Assembly: GCA_050015255.1 (NCBI GenBank)
Contig: JBEKBT010000005.1
Location: 657-64,656, forward strand
DNA length: 64,000 nt
Direction: 5' to 3'
Source of the DNA: Acidimicrobiales bacterium
GTDB lineage: Bacteria; Actinomycetota; Acidimicrobiia; Acidimicrobiales; Bog-793
This document shows positions 9,956 through 20,097 of the stretch, in pieces. How positions within the stretch are numbered: the first letter of the stretch is position 1; each line of letters opens with the position of its first letter. The notes below the pieces were generated by a model that made no database searches, was not told the origin of the DNA, and saw only the letters and a program-made list of their open reading frames with translations. Made by a program: the position numbers and the translations under genes.

Positions 9956-10450
9956 ATGTCCACCGCCGTGACTGCTGCGACGACAGCGGACGACAAGAAA
10001 TGGAAGATGATCGACGCGCGGATACGCCGGCGGGGAAACTCGCCGGACTCGCTCATCGAAGTCCTGCACGCAGTCCAAGAGGCGTTCGGTTACCTGGAGC
10101 CCGACGTGCTGGCGTATGTCGGCAACGCTCTTGGCGTGCCTCCGAGCCGCGTGTACGGCGTGGCGACGTTCTACTCGCTCTTCATGCTCAAGCCTCAGGG
10201 CGAGCACACCGTCATCGTGTGCACGGGGACAGCGTGCTACATCAATCATGCATCGGCTCTCCTGAGCCGGGTTCATGACCGCCTGGACATAAAGCCCGGC
10301 GAGACGAGCCACGACGGCCTTGTCTCGTTGTTGAACGCCCGTTGCCTCGGCGCCTGCAGCATGGCCCCGGCAGTCGTGGTCGATGGCGCCGTCCACGGCA
10401 GGGTCACCCCCGAAGGCCTCGACCTCCTCCTCGAAGGACTACGGCCATGA
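9956..10450 (+). CDS. hoxE: NuoE-like 2Fe-2S diaphorase subunit HoxE
   Basis: Thioredoxin-like 2Fe-2S cysteines CTGTAC...CLGAC. GGAGG lies 5 nt upstream of the ATG at 9956. The track ORF starts at a TTG at 9944, which I consider less likely. Confidence 0.8.
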   Translation: MSTAVTAATTADDKKWKMIDARIRRRGNSPDSLIEVLHAVQEAFGYLEPDVLAYVGNALGVPPSRVYGVATFYSLFMLKPQGEHTVIVCTGTACYINHASALLSRVHDRLDIKPGETSHDGLVSLLNARCLGACSMAPAVVVDGAVHGRVTPEGLDLLLEGLRP

Positions 10451-12087
10451 CAGACCTCGCCGAAGCTGAGGAACCGCTGAACGTGCAATCCGGTCCCATC
10501 CGGGCCTGCGCCAATGTCTGTGAAGCCGCCGGCTGCATGTCCCTCGACGCGGAGAAGGTGCTCGATGCCCTGCGCGAGCGGGCCACAGAGCGGGGCCTGA
10601 CCGACGTCGCGATCAAGCGCGTGGGCTGCCTGCGCCTGTGTACCGCCGGCCCTCTTGTCGAGATACCCGAGCAGGGAAGGCTGTTCGAGGCTGTCGACCC
10701 GACCTCGCCGGCATCCGTGGACCGCGTCATCGACGCCCTGGCAGGCGGAGAGGGCGGACGCTCGACCGCCGACGACCCGTTCTTCGCCCGCCAAGTCCGG
10801 ATCGTCCTGGCAAACTCCGGGCTCGTGGACCCGGAGGACCTTGACGACTACGTCGCCCACGAAGGCTACGCCGCACTGACGCAGGCAGTCACGACGATGA
10901 GGCCCTACGAGGTCCTCGAAGAGATCGTCCACAGCGGCCTGAGAGGCAGGGGCGGGGCGGGCTATCCGACCGGTCTCAAGTGGAGGACCGTGGCCAAGGC
11001 CTCCAGCACTGAGGGAAAGTACGTGATTTGCAACGCTGACGAGGGCGACCCCGGCGCCTTCATGGACCGCAGCGTCCTCGAGAGCGTCCCCCAGCAGGTC
11101 CTCGAGGGCATGGCCATCGCCGGGTACGCCGTCGGCGCCAACCACGGCTACATCTACGTCCGGGCCGAGTACCCGCTCGCGGTCAAGAGGCTGCGACTCG
11201 CCATACGCCAGGCCGAGCGCGCCGGGATGCTCGGTGCCAGCATCGCGGAGACCGCCTTCGCGTTCGACGTCGACATCCGCATCGGCGCGGGCGCCTTTGT
11301 CTGTGGCGAGGAAACTGCCCTCATCGCTTCGGTGGAAGGTCGTCGCGGCACCCCGAGACCACGCCCGCCCTTCCCCGCCCAGTCCGGCCTGTGGGGACGG
11401 CCGACCCTGATCAACAACGTCGAGACCCTGGCGAGCGTCCCGGCCATTCTCCGCAATGGCGCAACCTGGTACAGGGCCATCGGGACGCCTAAGAGCGCCG
11501 GCACAAAGGTGTTCGCTCTCGCCGGCCGAGTCGTCAACACCGGCCTCATCGAAGTGCCGATGGGTGTCACCTTGCGAGACATCGTCTTCGACATCGGGGG
11601 CGGCATCATCGGCGGGGCCAAGTTCAAAGCCGTGCAGACCGGCGGGCCGTCGGGCGGCTGCATTCCCGCCGAGGACCTGGACATGTCAGTCGACTACGAG
11701 TCCCTCGCCCAGGCCGGCTCCATCATGGGCTCCGGCGGCATGATCGTCATGGACGAGACCTCTTGCATGGTCGATGTCGCCAAGTACTTCATGGACTTCT
11801 GCCGGGACGAGTCGTGCGGGAAATGCATCCCCTGCCGGGTGGGCACGGTCCAGCTGTACGACCTGCTCGACAGGATCACCAGGGGCGTGGCGGAGCCGAA
11901 GGACCTGGTCACCTTGGAGCACCTGGCCGACATGGTGAAAAGCACGAGCCTGTGCGGGCTGGGCCAAAGTGCGCCCAACCCCATCTTCAGCACGCTTCGC
12001 TACTTCCGGGACGAGTACGTCTCCCATATCGAAGACCGCATCTGCCCGGCAGGAGTGTGCCCGATGACATCGGCGGTGACCTCGTGA
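10447..12087 (+). CDS. hoxF: NuoF-like NAD(H)/FMN-binding diaphorase subunit HoxF
   Basis: [25 protein letters not shown], and 4Fe-4[11 protein letters not shown]. It has an N-terminal thioredoxin-like 2Fe-2S domain. The ATG at 10447 overlaps the hoxE stop (ATGA), and the track start at 10342 lies inside hoxE. Confidence 0.85.
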   Translation: MTDLAEAEEPLNVQSGPIRACANVCEAAGCMSLDAEKVLDALRERATERGLTDVAIKRVGCLRLCTAGPLVEIPEQGRLFEAVDPTSPASVDRVIDALAGGEGGRSTADDPFFARQVRIVLANSGLVDPEDLDDYVAHEGYAALTQAVTTMRPYEVLEEIVHSGLRGRGGAGYPTGLKWRTVAKASSTEGKYVICNADEGDPGAFMDRSVLESVPQQVLEGMAIAGYAVGANHGYIYVRAEYPLAVKRLRLAIRQAERAGMLGASIAETAFAFDVDIRIGAGAFVCGEETALIASVEGRRGTPRPRPPFPAQSGLWGRPTLINNVETLASVPAILRNGATWYRAIGTPKSAGTKVFALAGRVVNTGLIEVPMGVTLRDIVFDIGGGIIGGAKFKAVQTGGPSGGCIPAEDLDMSVDYESLAQAGSIMGSGGMIVMDETSCMVDVAKYFMDFCRDESCGKCIPCRVGTVQLYDLLDRITRGVAEPKDLVTLEHLADMVKSTSLCGLGQSAPNPIFSTLRYFRDEYVSHIEDRICPAGVCPMTSAVTS

Positions 12088-12791
12088 GCGTAAGGACCCT
12101 CGTCATCGACGGCCTGGACGTGGCCGGTAACGACGATCAGACGATCCTGGAGGTCGCGCGGGAGAATTCCATCCCCATACCCACCCTTTGCCACCTCGAT
12201 GGCATCTCCGACGTCGGTGCCTGCCGGCTTTGCGTGGTCGAGGTCGCCGGGTCCAACAAGCTCCTCGCCGCTTGCGTCACCACGGTCCAGGAGGGCATGT
12301 CGGTCATAACTAACTCGCCGAGGTTGCACGAGTACCGTCGGACAACCATAGAGATGCTCTTCATGGAGCGCAACCACGTCTGCTCGGTGTGCGTGGCGAA
12401 CAACCACTGCGAGCTGCAACGCCTGGCCAAACAGCTCGGCTTGACTCATTTTGACCTGCCACCGCTTGAGCCGATAGTTGAGGTAGATGCCAGCCACGAG
12501 CGCTTCGTCATCGACCACAATCGCTGCATCCTTTGCACCCGTTGCGTCAGGATATGTGATGAGATCGAGGGTGCCCATACATGGGACATCTTCGACCGTG
12601 GCACCGGCTGCCGCGTCATTACCGACATGGGAACGCCCTGGGGCGAGTCGACTACCTGCACCAGCTGCGGAAAGTGCGTCCAGGTGTGCCCGACCGGTGC
12701 CCTGTTCGAGAAGGGCCGTTCCGTAGCCGAAGCCAAACCCAGGAGGAGATTCATTCCCTACCTCAGGGAGCTGGAGCAGGAGTCCAAATGA
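12084..12791 (+). CDS. hoxU: NuoG-N-terminal-like Fe-S subunit HoxU
   Basis: 2Fe-2S motif [15 protein letters not shown] followed by 4Fe-4S cysteine clusters. The GTG at 12084 overlaps the hoxF stop (GTGA). About 235 aa, as for HoxU. Confidence 0.8.
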   Translation: MSVRTLVIDGLDVAGNDDQTILEVARENSIPIPTLCHLDGISDVGACRLCVVEVAGSNKLLAACVTTVQEGMSVITNSPRLHEYRRTTIEMLFMERNHVCSVCVANNHCELQRLAKQLGLTHFDLPPLEPIVEVDASHERFVIDHNRCILCTRCVRICDEIEGAHTWDIFDRGTGCRVITDMGTPWGESTTCTSCGKCVQVCPTGALFEKGRSVAEAKPRRRFIPYLRELEQESK

Positions 12792-13321
12792 CAAAGGCGA
12801 GCCTGGCGACTGTGTGGTTGGACGGCTGCTCCGGTTGCCACATGTCGTTTCTCGACATGGACGGGCGCCTGCTCGACATCGCGGGCAGAGCCAACCTCGT
12901 TTACAGCCCACTCGTGGACATCAAGGAGTTCCCTCGCAATGTCGACGTGACGCTTGTCGAGGGTGCGGTAAGCAATGAGGACGACCTGGAAAAGATCAAG
13001 ATGGTCCGATCTCGCACCCGCATCCTCGTGTCCCTCGGCGACTGCGCGGTGACCTCGAATGTCCCCGGTCTCCGGAACCCTTATGGCCCCGCCCCGCTCC
13101 TGCAGCGTGCCTACATAGAGAATGTCACCATTAATCCGCAGCTGCCAGGGCCCCTCGTGCCGGCGTTGCTGGCGGAGTCGCGTCCTGTGCACAAGATCGT
13201 CGATGTAGACGTGTTCCTACCGGGTTGCCCGCCGTCGGCGGACCAGATCTTCTGGGTAGTCGATGAACTGCTCGCCGGTAGGATTCCCGATACCGCCACC
13301 ATGTCGCGTTTTGGCACCTGA
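12788..13321 (+). CDS. hoxY: [NiFe]-hydrogenase small subunit, group 3 type (HoxY)
   Basis: [13 protein letters not shown] and PGCPP cluster ligands. About 177 aa with no Tat signal. The ATG at 12788 overlaps the hoxU stop (ATGA). Confidence 0.85.
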   Translation: MTKASLATVWLDGCSGCHMSFLDMDGRLLDIAGRANLVYSPLVDIKEFPRNVDVTLVEGAVSNEDDLEKIKMVRSRTRILVSLGDCAVTSNVPGLRNPYGPAPLLQRAYIENVTINPQLPGPLVPALLAESRPVHKIVDVDVFLPGCPPSADQIFWVVDELLAGRIPDTATMSRFGT

Positions 13322-13334
13322 GCTCGGAGAGACA

Positions 13335-14753
13335 ATGTCGGAGATCATTATCGACCCTGTGACAAGGATCGAAGGCCACTCCCGGATCAGCATCCAACTC
13401 GACGAGCAAGGGCAAGTGGTCGATGCCCACTTTCATGTCACACAGTTCCGGGGCTTCGAGAGGATCTGCCAAGGGCGCCCGTTCCACGAGATGCCGTCCC
13501 TCATGGCGCGCATCTGCGGTATCTGCCCGGTCAGCCACCTGATCGCATCGGCCAAGGCATGCGAAGAGGTCATGGCCGTCTCGATCCCTCCTGTTGCGGT
13601 GAGGCTGCGCCGGGTGATGAACCTGGCCCAGATCGTGCAGTCGCACGCCCTCAGTTTCTTCCACCTGTCGTCGCCCGACCTGCTCTTGGGCTTTGACGCC
13701 GACGCCGCCGGACGCAACTTCTTCGGCGTCGCCGAGGCCGCGCCGCAACTTGCGCTCGACGGCGTGGCGATGCGGAAGTTCGGCCAGCAGATCATCGAAC
13801 GGCTGGGCGGCAAGCGCGTCCACCCAGGATGGATCGTGCCTGGAGGAGTCAGCCGCCCGCTAGCGGCCGAGCAGCGCGACGAGATCCTGGCCGGAGTCCC
13901 CGATGCCCTGGAGCGGATCCGCAGGACGCTCGGCTGGTACAAGGCCAATGTGGCACGCTGGGTCGACGAGGCGTCTGCGTTCGCCAATTTCCCGACCTTG
14001 TACATGGGCCTCGTGCACGAGAACGGCAACATCGGCTACTCCGATGGGGACATGCGAGTGGTCGACGGCAACGGGAGACTCCTGGCAGATCACCGTGACC
14101 CGAGGCCGTATTGGGAGTACCTCGGCGAGTCCGTCGAACCGTGGTCGTACTTGAAGTCGACCTACTGGAAGGAATTCGGCTACCCGGACGGGCTCTACCG
14201 GGTCGGACCCCTGGCACGGTTGAACGTCGTCGACCGTCTCGGCACTCCCGAAGCCGACGACGAGCTCCAGCTGTATCGCGACCGGCTGGGCCGTTACCCC
14301 GCCAGCTCGTTTTACTATCACCACGCCCGGCTGATCGAGATCCTCCACTGCATCCACTCGATCGCCGAGAACCTCTCCGACCCGGGGATTCTGGACGACC
14401 GCGTGAGAGCGGTGGCCGAGCCCAACCGCCCCGAAGGCGTCGGCGTGTCGGAGGCGCCCCGAGGCACCCTCCTGCACCACTACCGCGTCGACGAGAACGG
14501 ATCTGTCCAGTGGGCCAATCTCATCATCGCCACCGGGCACAACAACATGGCCATGAACCGCGGCGTGCTCGAAGTCGCCCGCAAGTACGTCCGCGGGACC
14601 CAGATCCCCGAGGGCATGCTCAACCGCGTCGAAGCGGTCATCCGCTGTTTCGACCCGTGCTTGAGCTGCTCGACCCACGCCATTGGCGAGATGCCGCTCA
14701 AGGTGCAGCTGCTCGGCGCGGACGGGCGGGTCCTCGACGAGCTGGCTAGGTGA
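13335..14753 (+). CDS. hoxH: [NiFe]-hydrogenase large subunit (HoxH)
   Basis: N-terminal RIEGH and RICGICPVSH motifs, plus a C-terminal DPCLSCSTH followed by a 24-aa tail that would be cleaved. 472 aa. Confidence 0.9.
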   Translation: MSEIIIDPVTRIEGHSRISIQLDEQGQVVDAHFHVTQFRGFERICQGRPFHEMPSLMARICGICPVSHLIASAKACEEVMAVSIPPVAVRLRRVMNLAQIVQSHALSFFHLSSPDLLLGFDADAAGRNFFGVAEAAPQLALDGVAMRKFGQQIIERLGGKRVHPGWIVPGGVSRPLAAEQRDEILAGVPDALERIRRTLGWYKANVARWVDEASAFANFPTLYMGLVHENGNIGYSDGDMRVVDGNGRLLADHRDPRPYWEYLGESVEPWSYLKSTYWKEFGYPDGLYRVGPLARLNVVDRLGTPEADDELQLYRDRLGRYPASSFYYHHARLIEILHCIHSIAENLSDPGILDDRVRAVAEPNRPEGVGVSEAPRGTLLHHYRVDENGSVQWANLIIATGHNNMAMNRGVLEVARKYVRGTQIPEGMLNRVEAVIRCFDPCLSCSTHAIGEMPLKVQLLGADGRVLDELAR

Positions 14754-15223
14754 GCCTCGCCAACGACGTTCTCGTCATCGGCTACGGGAACCCGCTGCGC
14801 GGAGATGACGGGGCGGGCTGGCGGGCGGCGGAATTGCTGGCCGAGGACCCTCGCGCGGCCGGGGCCCGGGTGCTGGCCTGCCACCAGCTGACCCCGGAGC
14901 TGGCTGAAGACGTGAGCCGCGCCAGCCTTGTCGTGCTCGTCGATGCCTCAGAAGAGCCCGGGACCGCAGGTTCGGTGTCGACCCGCTCCCTGTCGGCGGG
15001 GTCGAAGTCCGACTCGGTGTTCTCTCATCATGTCGATGCGGCCCGACTTCTCGAGCTTTCCGCCAGTTTGTTCGGGCACTCACCCCCGGCGGTGCAGGTG
15101 AGCATCCGCGTCGCCGACCTCGACCCGGGAACTGAACTGTCTGCTCCCGTCGGCGCCGCCATGCCCGCGCTCGTCGATGCGGTGCTCGGCGCGATCGAAC
15201 GACACCGGCAACCAAGTGCATGA
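14750..15223 (+). CDS. hoxW: Hydrogenase maturation endopeptidase (HoxW/HycI family)
   Basis: VLVIGYGNPLRGDDGAGW motif. The GTG start overlaps the hoxH stop (GTGA). Confidence 0.85.
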   Translation: MSLANDVLVIGYGNPLRGDDGAGWRAAELLAEDPRAAGARVLACHQLTPELAEDVSRASLVVLVDASEEPGTAGSVSTRSLSAGSKSDSVFSHHVDAARLLELSASLFGHSPPAVQVSIRVADLDPGTELSAPVGAAMPALVDAVLGAIERHRQPSA

Positions 15224-15542
15224 GCTGTCGCTCGTCGCCGAGCTCGTCGAGGAGTGCTGCCGGCGCGCCGGCGGTGAGCAGATCTCGGTGGTCCGGGTGC
15301 GCTGCTTCTTGCCCGACATGGACGCAGAGTTGCAGCAAGCCTTCACGATGATGACCGCGGCGACACCTCTAGAGGGCGCCGTCCTCGAGATCGAGACCGC
15401 TTCGTCCAGCCTCACGTGTCCCTGTGGGTACCTCGGGCCTGCCGAGGACGCGGTCGTGGGTCATCTCTTCATCTGCCCCGCCTGCGCCCGGGTGGTCACC
15501 ATCCGGTCCCCGAGCCTGGAGTTGCTCGAGGTCCGGATGTGA
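15216..15542 (+). CDS. hypA: Hydrogenase nickel-insertion protein HypA
   Basis: GTG-CAT-GAG gives the canonical Met-His-Glu N-terminus (HELSLV). Zinc-site cysteines are CPC...CPAC. There is an 8-nt overlap with hoxW. The track start at 15177 lies inside hoxW. Confidence 0.75.
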   Translation: MHELSLVAELVEECCRRAGGEQISVVRVRCFLPDMDAELQQAFTMMTAATPLEGAVLEIETASSSLTCPCGYLGPAEDAVVGHLFICPACARVVTIRSPSLELLEVRM

Positions 15543-15604
15543 CAGTTGGGCCGAAAGTTCGCAAAGTGGCCCCACCGGCCACAGACCGGGCGAAAAGGCC
15601 CCTA

Positions 15605-15943
15605 TTAGCGGGTGCTCAAGGCCAGCGCCTCGTAGTTCTCGTAGAGCCTCGGCTCACCGTGTCGCTGCCGGGCTCGCTGCGCTGCCGGCCCGACCCGGGC
15701 CCAGGTGCCGTGGACCGACCACAGGTCCAGCGCCAAGTCCTTGTCGAGGATCTGGTGCTTGACCAAGGTGCTCAAGGTCTCGCCGAATGCCAGGACGCAG
15801 CTCACTGACGGATCGTCGGTCGAAGCTAGTTCGGCGTCGAAATCGTCCGCGAAGATCGCTCGGCCGGCCTCGTCGAGGTTCATCTCCGTTCCCCATCGGA
15901 CAAGCTGCATGATGAGGGCGGCGTCTTCGTAGGTAGCTGCCAT
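15605..15943 (-). CDS. Hypothetical protein
   Basis: 112-aa ORF with high GC3 and a strong Shine-Dalgarno sequence (AAGGGGGAGGA) just upstream of the ATG. I recognise no family. Confidence 0.55.
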   Translation of the reverse strand: MAATYEDAALIMQLVRWGTEMNLDEAGRAIFADDFDAELASTDDPSVSCVLAFGETLSTLVKHQILDKDLALDLWSVHGTWARVGPAAQRARQRHGEPRLYENYEALALSTR

Positions 15944-16107
15944 GTGGTCCTCCCCCTTGGTTGCACAGCGCGACGTGGGTCATCTGAGATCCACGGCGCT
16001 GTGAGGTCATTGCTCGACCCCGGAGCGTAGCTTCGGCGGGCTTGTCGTGTCTGAGGAACCACCAGTTACCAAGGCGCAACGTGCTGGGTCGTGGTCTCGG
16101 TGTCGGG

Positions 16108-16764
16108 TCAGCCCTCCCTCGGGGCCAGACCGACCGGGCAGGAGATTCCGGTGCCGCCGAGGCCGCAGTAACCGTTCGGGTTCCGCTCCAGGTACTGCTG
16201 GTGATAGTCCTCGGCGTAATAGAAGGGCCCAGCCGGCTGGATCTCGGTCGTGATCTGTCCGTAGCCCGCCGCGTCGAGCGCCAGCTGGTACTCGGCGCGC
16301 GACTGTTGTGCAGCCAGCTGCTGGGCGGGTGTCGTCGTGTAGATCGCGGATCGGTACTGAGTACCGGCATCGTTTCCTTGACGCATGCCCTGGGTCGGGT
16401 CGTGGCTCTCCCAGAAGATCGAGAGCAGCCTCTCGTAGGAGGTCTTCGCCCCATCGAAGACCACGAGCACCGCTTCGGCGTGGCCGGTCCTGCCCGAGCA
16501 GACCTCCTCGTAGGTCGGGTTCGGCGTGTAGCCACCGCTGTAGCCGACTGCGGTCGTGTACACGCCGTCCAGGGCCCAGAACTTGCGCTCGGCGCCCCAA
16601 AAGCAGCCCATGGCGAATATCGCCCGCTCGAACCCGTCCCTGGACGGCGGGCGCAGAGGCGTCCCGAGCACGAGGTGGCGCTTAGGAACGACCATCGCTG
16701 CCTCCCTCCCCGGAAGCGCCTGGTCCGGCGCGACCATCTGCGACTTGCTCTTGAACCAGCTCAT
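16108..16764 (-). CDS. msrA: Peptide-methionine (S)-S-oxide reductase
   Basis: GCFWGAE active-site motif. The start at 16764 (MSWFKSK) overlaps the msrB stop (ATGA). The longer track ORF running to 17046 overlaps msrB and was rejected. Confidence 0.9.
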   Translation of the reverse strand: MSWFKSKSQMVAPDQALPGREAAMVVPKRHLVLGTPLRPPSRDGFERAIFAMGCFWGAERKFWALDGVYTTAVGYSGGYTPNPTYEEVCSGRTGHAEAVLVVFDGAKTSYERLLSIFWESHDPTQGMRQGNDAGTQYRSAIYTTTPAQQLAAQQSRAEYQLALDAAGYGQITTEIQPAGPFYYAEDYHQQYLERNPNGYCGLGGTGISCPVGLAPREG

Positions 16765-17210
16765 GATTGCCCGGTATCGATCCTGAGCGACAACGAATTG
16801 ATGCAGTAGCGCTGGCCTGTCGGACGCGGGCCGTCGTCGAAGACGTGCCCCAGGTGCGATCCGCAGGAGCGGCAGAGGACCTCGGTCCGCTCCATCCCAA
16901 AAGACCTGTCGCGGTGAAGCTCGACCGCGCTGGCCAGGGTGGGCTCGGCGAAGCTCGGCCAACCCGATCCGGAGTCGAACTTGGCATCGGAGGAGAAGAG
17001 CCTGGCGCCGCAACCCGCGCAGCAATAGGTGCCGTCGAGATGGCACTCGAGGTACTTTCCGCTGAAAGCGGGCTCGGTCCCAGCCTTGCGCAGGACACGG
17101 TACTGCTCAGGAGTCAGTCGGCTTCGCCACTCGTCCTCGGAGAGCGCAACCTCTCGTGGCGCCTCCTCGGTCGTGGCTGTCTTGGATCCTCGAGATCGGA
17201 ACATGCTCAA
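16761..17210 (-). CDS. msrB: Peptide-methionine (R)-S-oxide reductase
   Basis: Zinc CxxC pairs (CAGCG, CRSCG) and the catalytic RYCINS motif. Confidence 0.9.
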   Translation of the reverse strand: MSMFRSRGSKTATTEEAPREVALSEDEWRSRLTPEQYRVLRKAGTEPAFSGKYLECHLDGTYCCAGCGARLFSSDAKFDSGSGWPSFAEPTLASAVELHRDRSFGMERTEVLCRSCGSHLGHVFDDGPRPTGQRYCINSLSLRIDTGQS

Positions 17211-17297
17211 CAGTCTCGCCCGGTGGGCTCCCGTTACACGCGCACCACACGGTGCGGCCCCCGATGTCGGGGAGAGACCTCGGGACGCGCCCTCTAC

Positions 17298-18203
17298 TTA
17301 GGACGTGCCCGAAGCCACGTCCTCGCGAAGCGCCCGCAGGCGCAAAGTCCACGCCCCTGGCACGCCGGCACCGACGGGCCGGCCCTCGGCGACGGTCACG
17401 GGGACTATGCCGGCCACCGAGCTGGCAAGGAAGGCCTCGTCGGCGGCGAAGAGATCTCCGGGGGTCAGCCGCTCCTGGCGAACCGCGAGCCCGAGCCGGG
17501 GGGCGCCCGCGGAGATGACCCACTCCCGCGTCGTGCTGACGAGGATGCCGCAGTCGAGCGACGGCGTCGCGAGCCCCATTCCCTCGACCAGAAAGAGGCT
17601 GGCCGAGGTCGCCTCTGCCAGGTACCCGTCTGTCGTCAGCAACAGGGCCTCGTCTGCACCGTGCCGGTGGGCCTCGAGCCGGGCGTAGACGAGCTCGGCC
17701 CGGCTCGTCGTCTTCACCCTGGCCAGCGGATCGGCCGGGTCGCGCCGCACTTCGGAGATGTCCAGCCGGAGACCTCTTTTGAGCAGCTCCGCCGGCGGCG
17801 GGTCGACGGGCCAGGCCTGCACGACCAGGTTCGCCGTGACTTCATCGGGCGGGAGCAGGGCGCGCCCATCGACGGGCCCCCGGCTGGCGGTGACCCGGAC
17901 CGCGACCTGCGAGCCGGCGCTGTGCAGCCCGTTGGCGGCACATACCATCGCTATGGCCTGGGCAAGGCATCTCTCGAGATCATCCGGGAGGGCGATCGCG
18001 AGCACCGCGGCCGAGGCCTTCAGCCGGTTCACATGAACCGAAAGCTCGAGCACTCCTCCACCGACCACGCGCAGCGTCTCGAAGACCCCGTCCCCGAGCT
18101 GAAAGCTGCGGTCTGTGACGGTGAGCAAAGCCTTTTCCGCCGGCTCGAGAGTTCCGTTTATCCAGACGACTCGGGGCTCGCTCATGGCACTATCGGACAC
18201 CAC
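17298..18203 (-). CDS. Class IV aminotransferase (aminodeoxychorismate lyase / BCAT / D-amino-acid aminotransferase family)
   Basis: 301 aa with an N-terminal INGTL...DRSFQLGDGVFETLRV, typical of fold-type IV PLP enzymes. Confidence 0.75.
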   Translation of the reverse strand: MVSDSAMSEPRVVWINGTLEPAEKALLTVTDRSFQLGDGVFETLRVVGGGVLELSVHVNRLKASAAVLAIALPDDLERCLAQAIAMVCAANGLHSAGSQVAVRVTASRGPVDGRALLPPDEVTANLVVQAWPVDPPPAELLKRGLRLDISEVRRDPADPLARVKTTSRAELVYARLEAHRHGADEALLLTTDGYLAEATSASLFLVEGMGLATPSLDCGILVSTTREWVISAGAPRLGLAVRQERLTPGDLFAADEAFLASSVAGIVPVTVAEGRPVGAGVPGAWTLRLRALREDVASGTS

Positions 18204-18246
18204 GACCGGCCCGTCACCTTGCCCGAGCGCACGCCGGCCGAGTCTC

Positions 18247-19986
18247 TCAACGGCTGCCGAACTGCTCGAGCCGCGGGTCGCGCACCTCGGCCCTGGCCGA
18301 GTCGGACGCGGCGTCAGTGAGCAGCGCCTGCGCCGCGGCCTCGGCCTCGAGCCGCGCCCTGTAGTGGGCGATCTCGCGAGCGACCGTGGCTTGGTCCCAG
18401 CCCAGCACGGGCGCCATCAGCCGGGCGACGCCGTCGGCCGCCAGCTGCCCGCGGTCGGGAGCCTCGAAGGCGATGTGCGTCCGGCGCGTGAGCACGTCGT
18501 CGACGTGGAGCGCGCCCTCATGCGCGACCGCGTAGCGGACCTCGGCAGCCAGATAACGATCGGCTCCCTCGAGAGGGGCCGCCAGGTGGGGGTCGAGAGC
18601 AACCAGGTCGAGCACCTCGGAGGCCAGCGCGCCGTAACGGACAACGAGGTGGTGCAGCTGGCCGGACCCGAGATCGGCGGCACCCGGATGGCTCCTCAGC
18701 CGGAGCTCGGCGCCGGGCAGACCGACGGCGCCCAGGAGCGGGACCTCCGCGGTGCGGCTGGGACCGACCGCGAAGCGAAGGTCGCGAGCTACCAGGTCGA
18801 CGGCGTCGCGTGCCATGAGCCGGTAGGTCGTGTACTTGCCGCCGGCGACGCTCACCAACCCGGGAGCGCTGCGGCGCACGGCGTGCTTGCGGGACAGCTT
18901 CGCGGTCTCTTCGGCCGTGCCGCCGAGCAGCGGGCGCAGGCCGACGTAGACGGCGATGACGTCGTCGAAGCCAAGCGGGTCGTTCAGCACCTCGTTGACG
19001 TGCTCTAGCAGGTACTCGATGTCGGCATGAGTTGCCGCGGGATGATCGAGCCCGTAGTTCCAATCGGTGTCAGTGGTGCCGATGATCCAGCGGTCCTCCC
19101 AGGGCAGCACGAAAAGGACGCTCTTCTCCGTCCTCAGGATCAGCGCGTACTGCGAGTCGATCCTGTCCCTGGGCACGACGAGGTGGACGCCCTTGGACGG
19201 CCGGACGATCATCGGGTCCGCGACACCGGCCAGGCGCTCCGTCTCGGTGGTCCACACGCCCGTGGCGTTGATCACGGTGCTCGCGCGCACCTCGAGCTCG
19301 CCACCGGACTCGAGATCCTGGGCCCGCACCCCGGCGACGCGCCCGGCTTCGTGAAGGAAGTCGACCACGCCGGCGGCCGAGACGCACAGCGCTCCTTGAG
19401 CTGCAGCCGTTCGCGCCAGCACGAGTGAGAAACGAGCGTCGTCGACCTGGGCATCGAAGTAACGGATACCGCCGGTCAGCGAGTCGGGTCGCAGGGCGGG
19501 CACCGCCTGCAGGCACGAACGGCGCGTCAGGTGCCGGTGGCGCGGCATGGCCGGGTGCAAGCCGGCGAGCGCGTCGTAGAGGAAGAGACCTGCGCCCATG
19601 TAGAAACGGTCCCAAGCCCTGTGCTTGAGCGGGAAGAGGAAAGGCGTCGGATGGACCAGGTGCGGCGCGATCTTCTCGACCAGCAAGCTGCGCTCGTGCA
19701 GCGCCTCTCGCACGAGCTCGACGTCGAAGTTCTCGAGGTAGCGCAGCCCGCCGTGGATCAACTTGCTGGAACGGCTCGAAGTGCCGGCCGCGAAGTCACG
19801 TTTCTCGAGCAGGGCGACCGACAGGCCGCGGCTGGCGGCATCCAGTGCGACACCACAGCCGGTCACGCCCCCGCCCACGACGAGGACGTCGAACGTCTCG
19901 GACGCGCAGCGTTCCAAAGCCCGCGCCCGCACCTCAGGTCCGAGACGACCCTCCCCATCCAACGCCATCAGATCCTCAACCTCCAC
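18247..19986 (-). CDS. glpD: FAD-dependent glycerol-3-phosphate dehydrogenase
   Basis: FDVLVVGGGVTGCGVALDAASRG and AAGTSSRSSKLIHGGLRYLE. 579 aa. Confidence 0.9.
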   Translation of the reverse strand: MEVEDLMALDGEGRLGPEVRARALERCASETFDVLVVGGGVTGCGVALDAASRGLSVALLEKRDFAAGTSSRSSKLIHGGLRYLENFDVELVREALHERSLLVEKIAPHLVHPTPFLFPLKHRAWDRFYMGAGLFLYDALAGLHPAMPRHRHLTRRSCLQAVPALRPDSLTGGIRYFDAQVDDARFSLVLARTAAAQGALCVSAAGVVDFLHEAGRVAGVRAQDLESGGELEVRASTVINATGVWTTETERLAGVADPMIVRPSKGVHLVVPRDRIDSQYALILRTEKSVLFVLPWEDRWIIGTTDTDWNYGLDHPAATHADIEYLLEHVNEVLNDPLGFDDVIAVYVGLRPLLGGTAEETAKLSRKHAVRRSAPGLVSVAGGKYTTYRLMARDAVDLVARDLRFAVGPSRTAEVPLLGAVGLPGAELRLRSHPGAADLGSGQLHHLVVRYGALASEVLDLVALDPHLAAPLEGADRYLAAEVRYAVAHEGALHVDDVLTRRTHIAFEAPDRGQLAADGVARLMAPVLGWDQATVAREIAHYRARLEAEAAAQALLTDAASDSARAEVRDPRLEQFGSR

Positions 19987-20097
19987 ACTTGCACCACGCG
20001 GGCGCGAACTGTCCAGACGACGCTTGCTCAGGCGAAGCCACGCATCTCTGCTCTCACGTTAAGGCAGGCTCGAAGCGGAGGTGACGGGAAGGCGGGG

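Noticed and set aside
10342-10446. N-terminal extensions of hoxF (10342), hoxU (11763), hoxY (12581), hoxH (13263) and hypA (15177) as listed in the ORF track.
   Set aside because: Each extension lies inside the preceding gene in another frame and is Arg/Pro-rich. Internal ATG/GTG starts overlap the upstream stop codons and give proteins of canonical length.
15566-15582. Hairpin GTGGCC-ccacc-GGCCAC between the convergent hypA and the 15605 gene, considered as a bidirectional terminator.
   Set aside because: It has only a 6-bp stem and no U-tract on either strand. That is too weak to call. It could still act as an I-shaped actinobacterial terminator.
16765-17046. Long version of the msrA ORF, plus similar 5' extensions of the trpB2 ORF (25701), the class V aminotransferase ORF (54519), the VOC protein ORF (55081), the tag ORF (51588) and the upp ORF (33661).
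   Set aside because: The extensions overlap neighbouring real genes and have junk-like composition. Homology begins at the internal starts used in the feature table.
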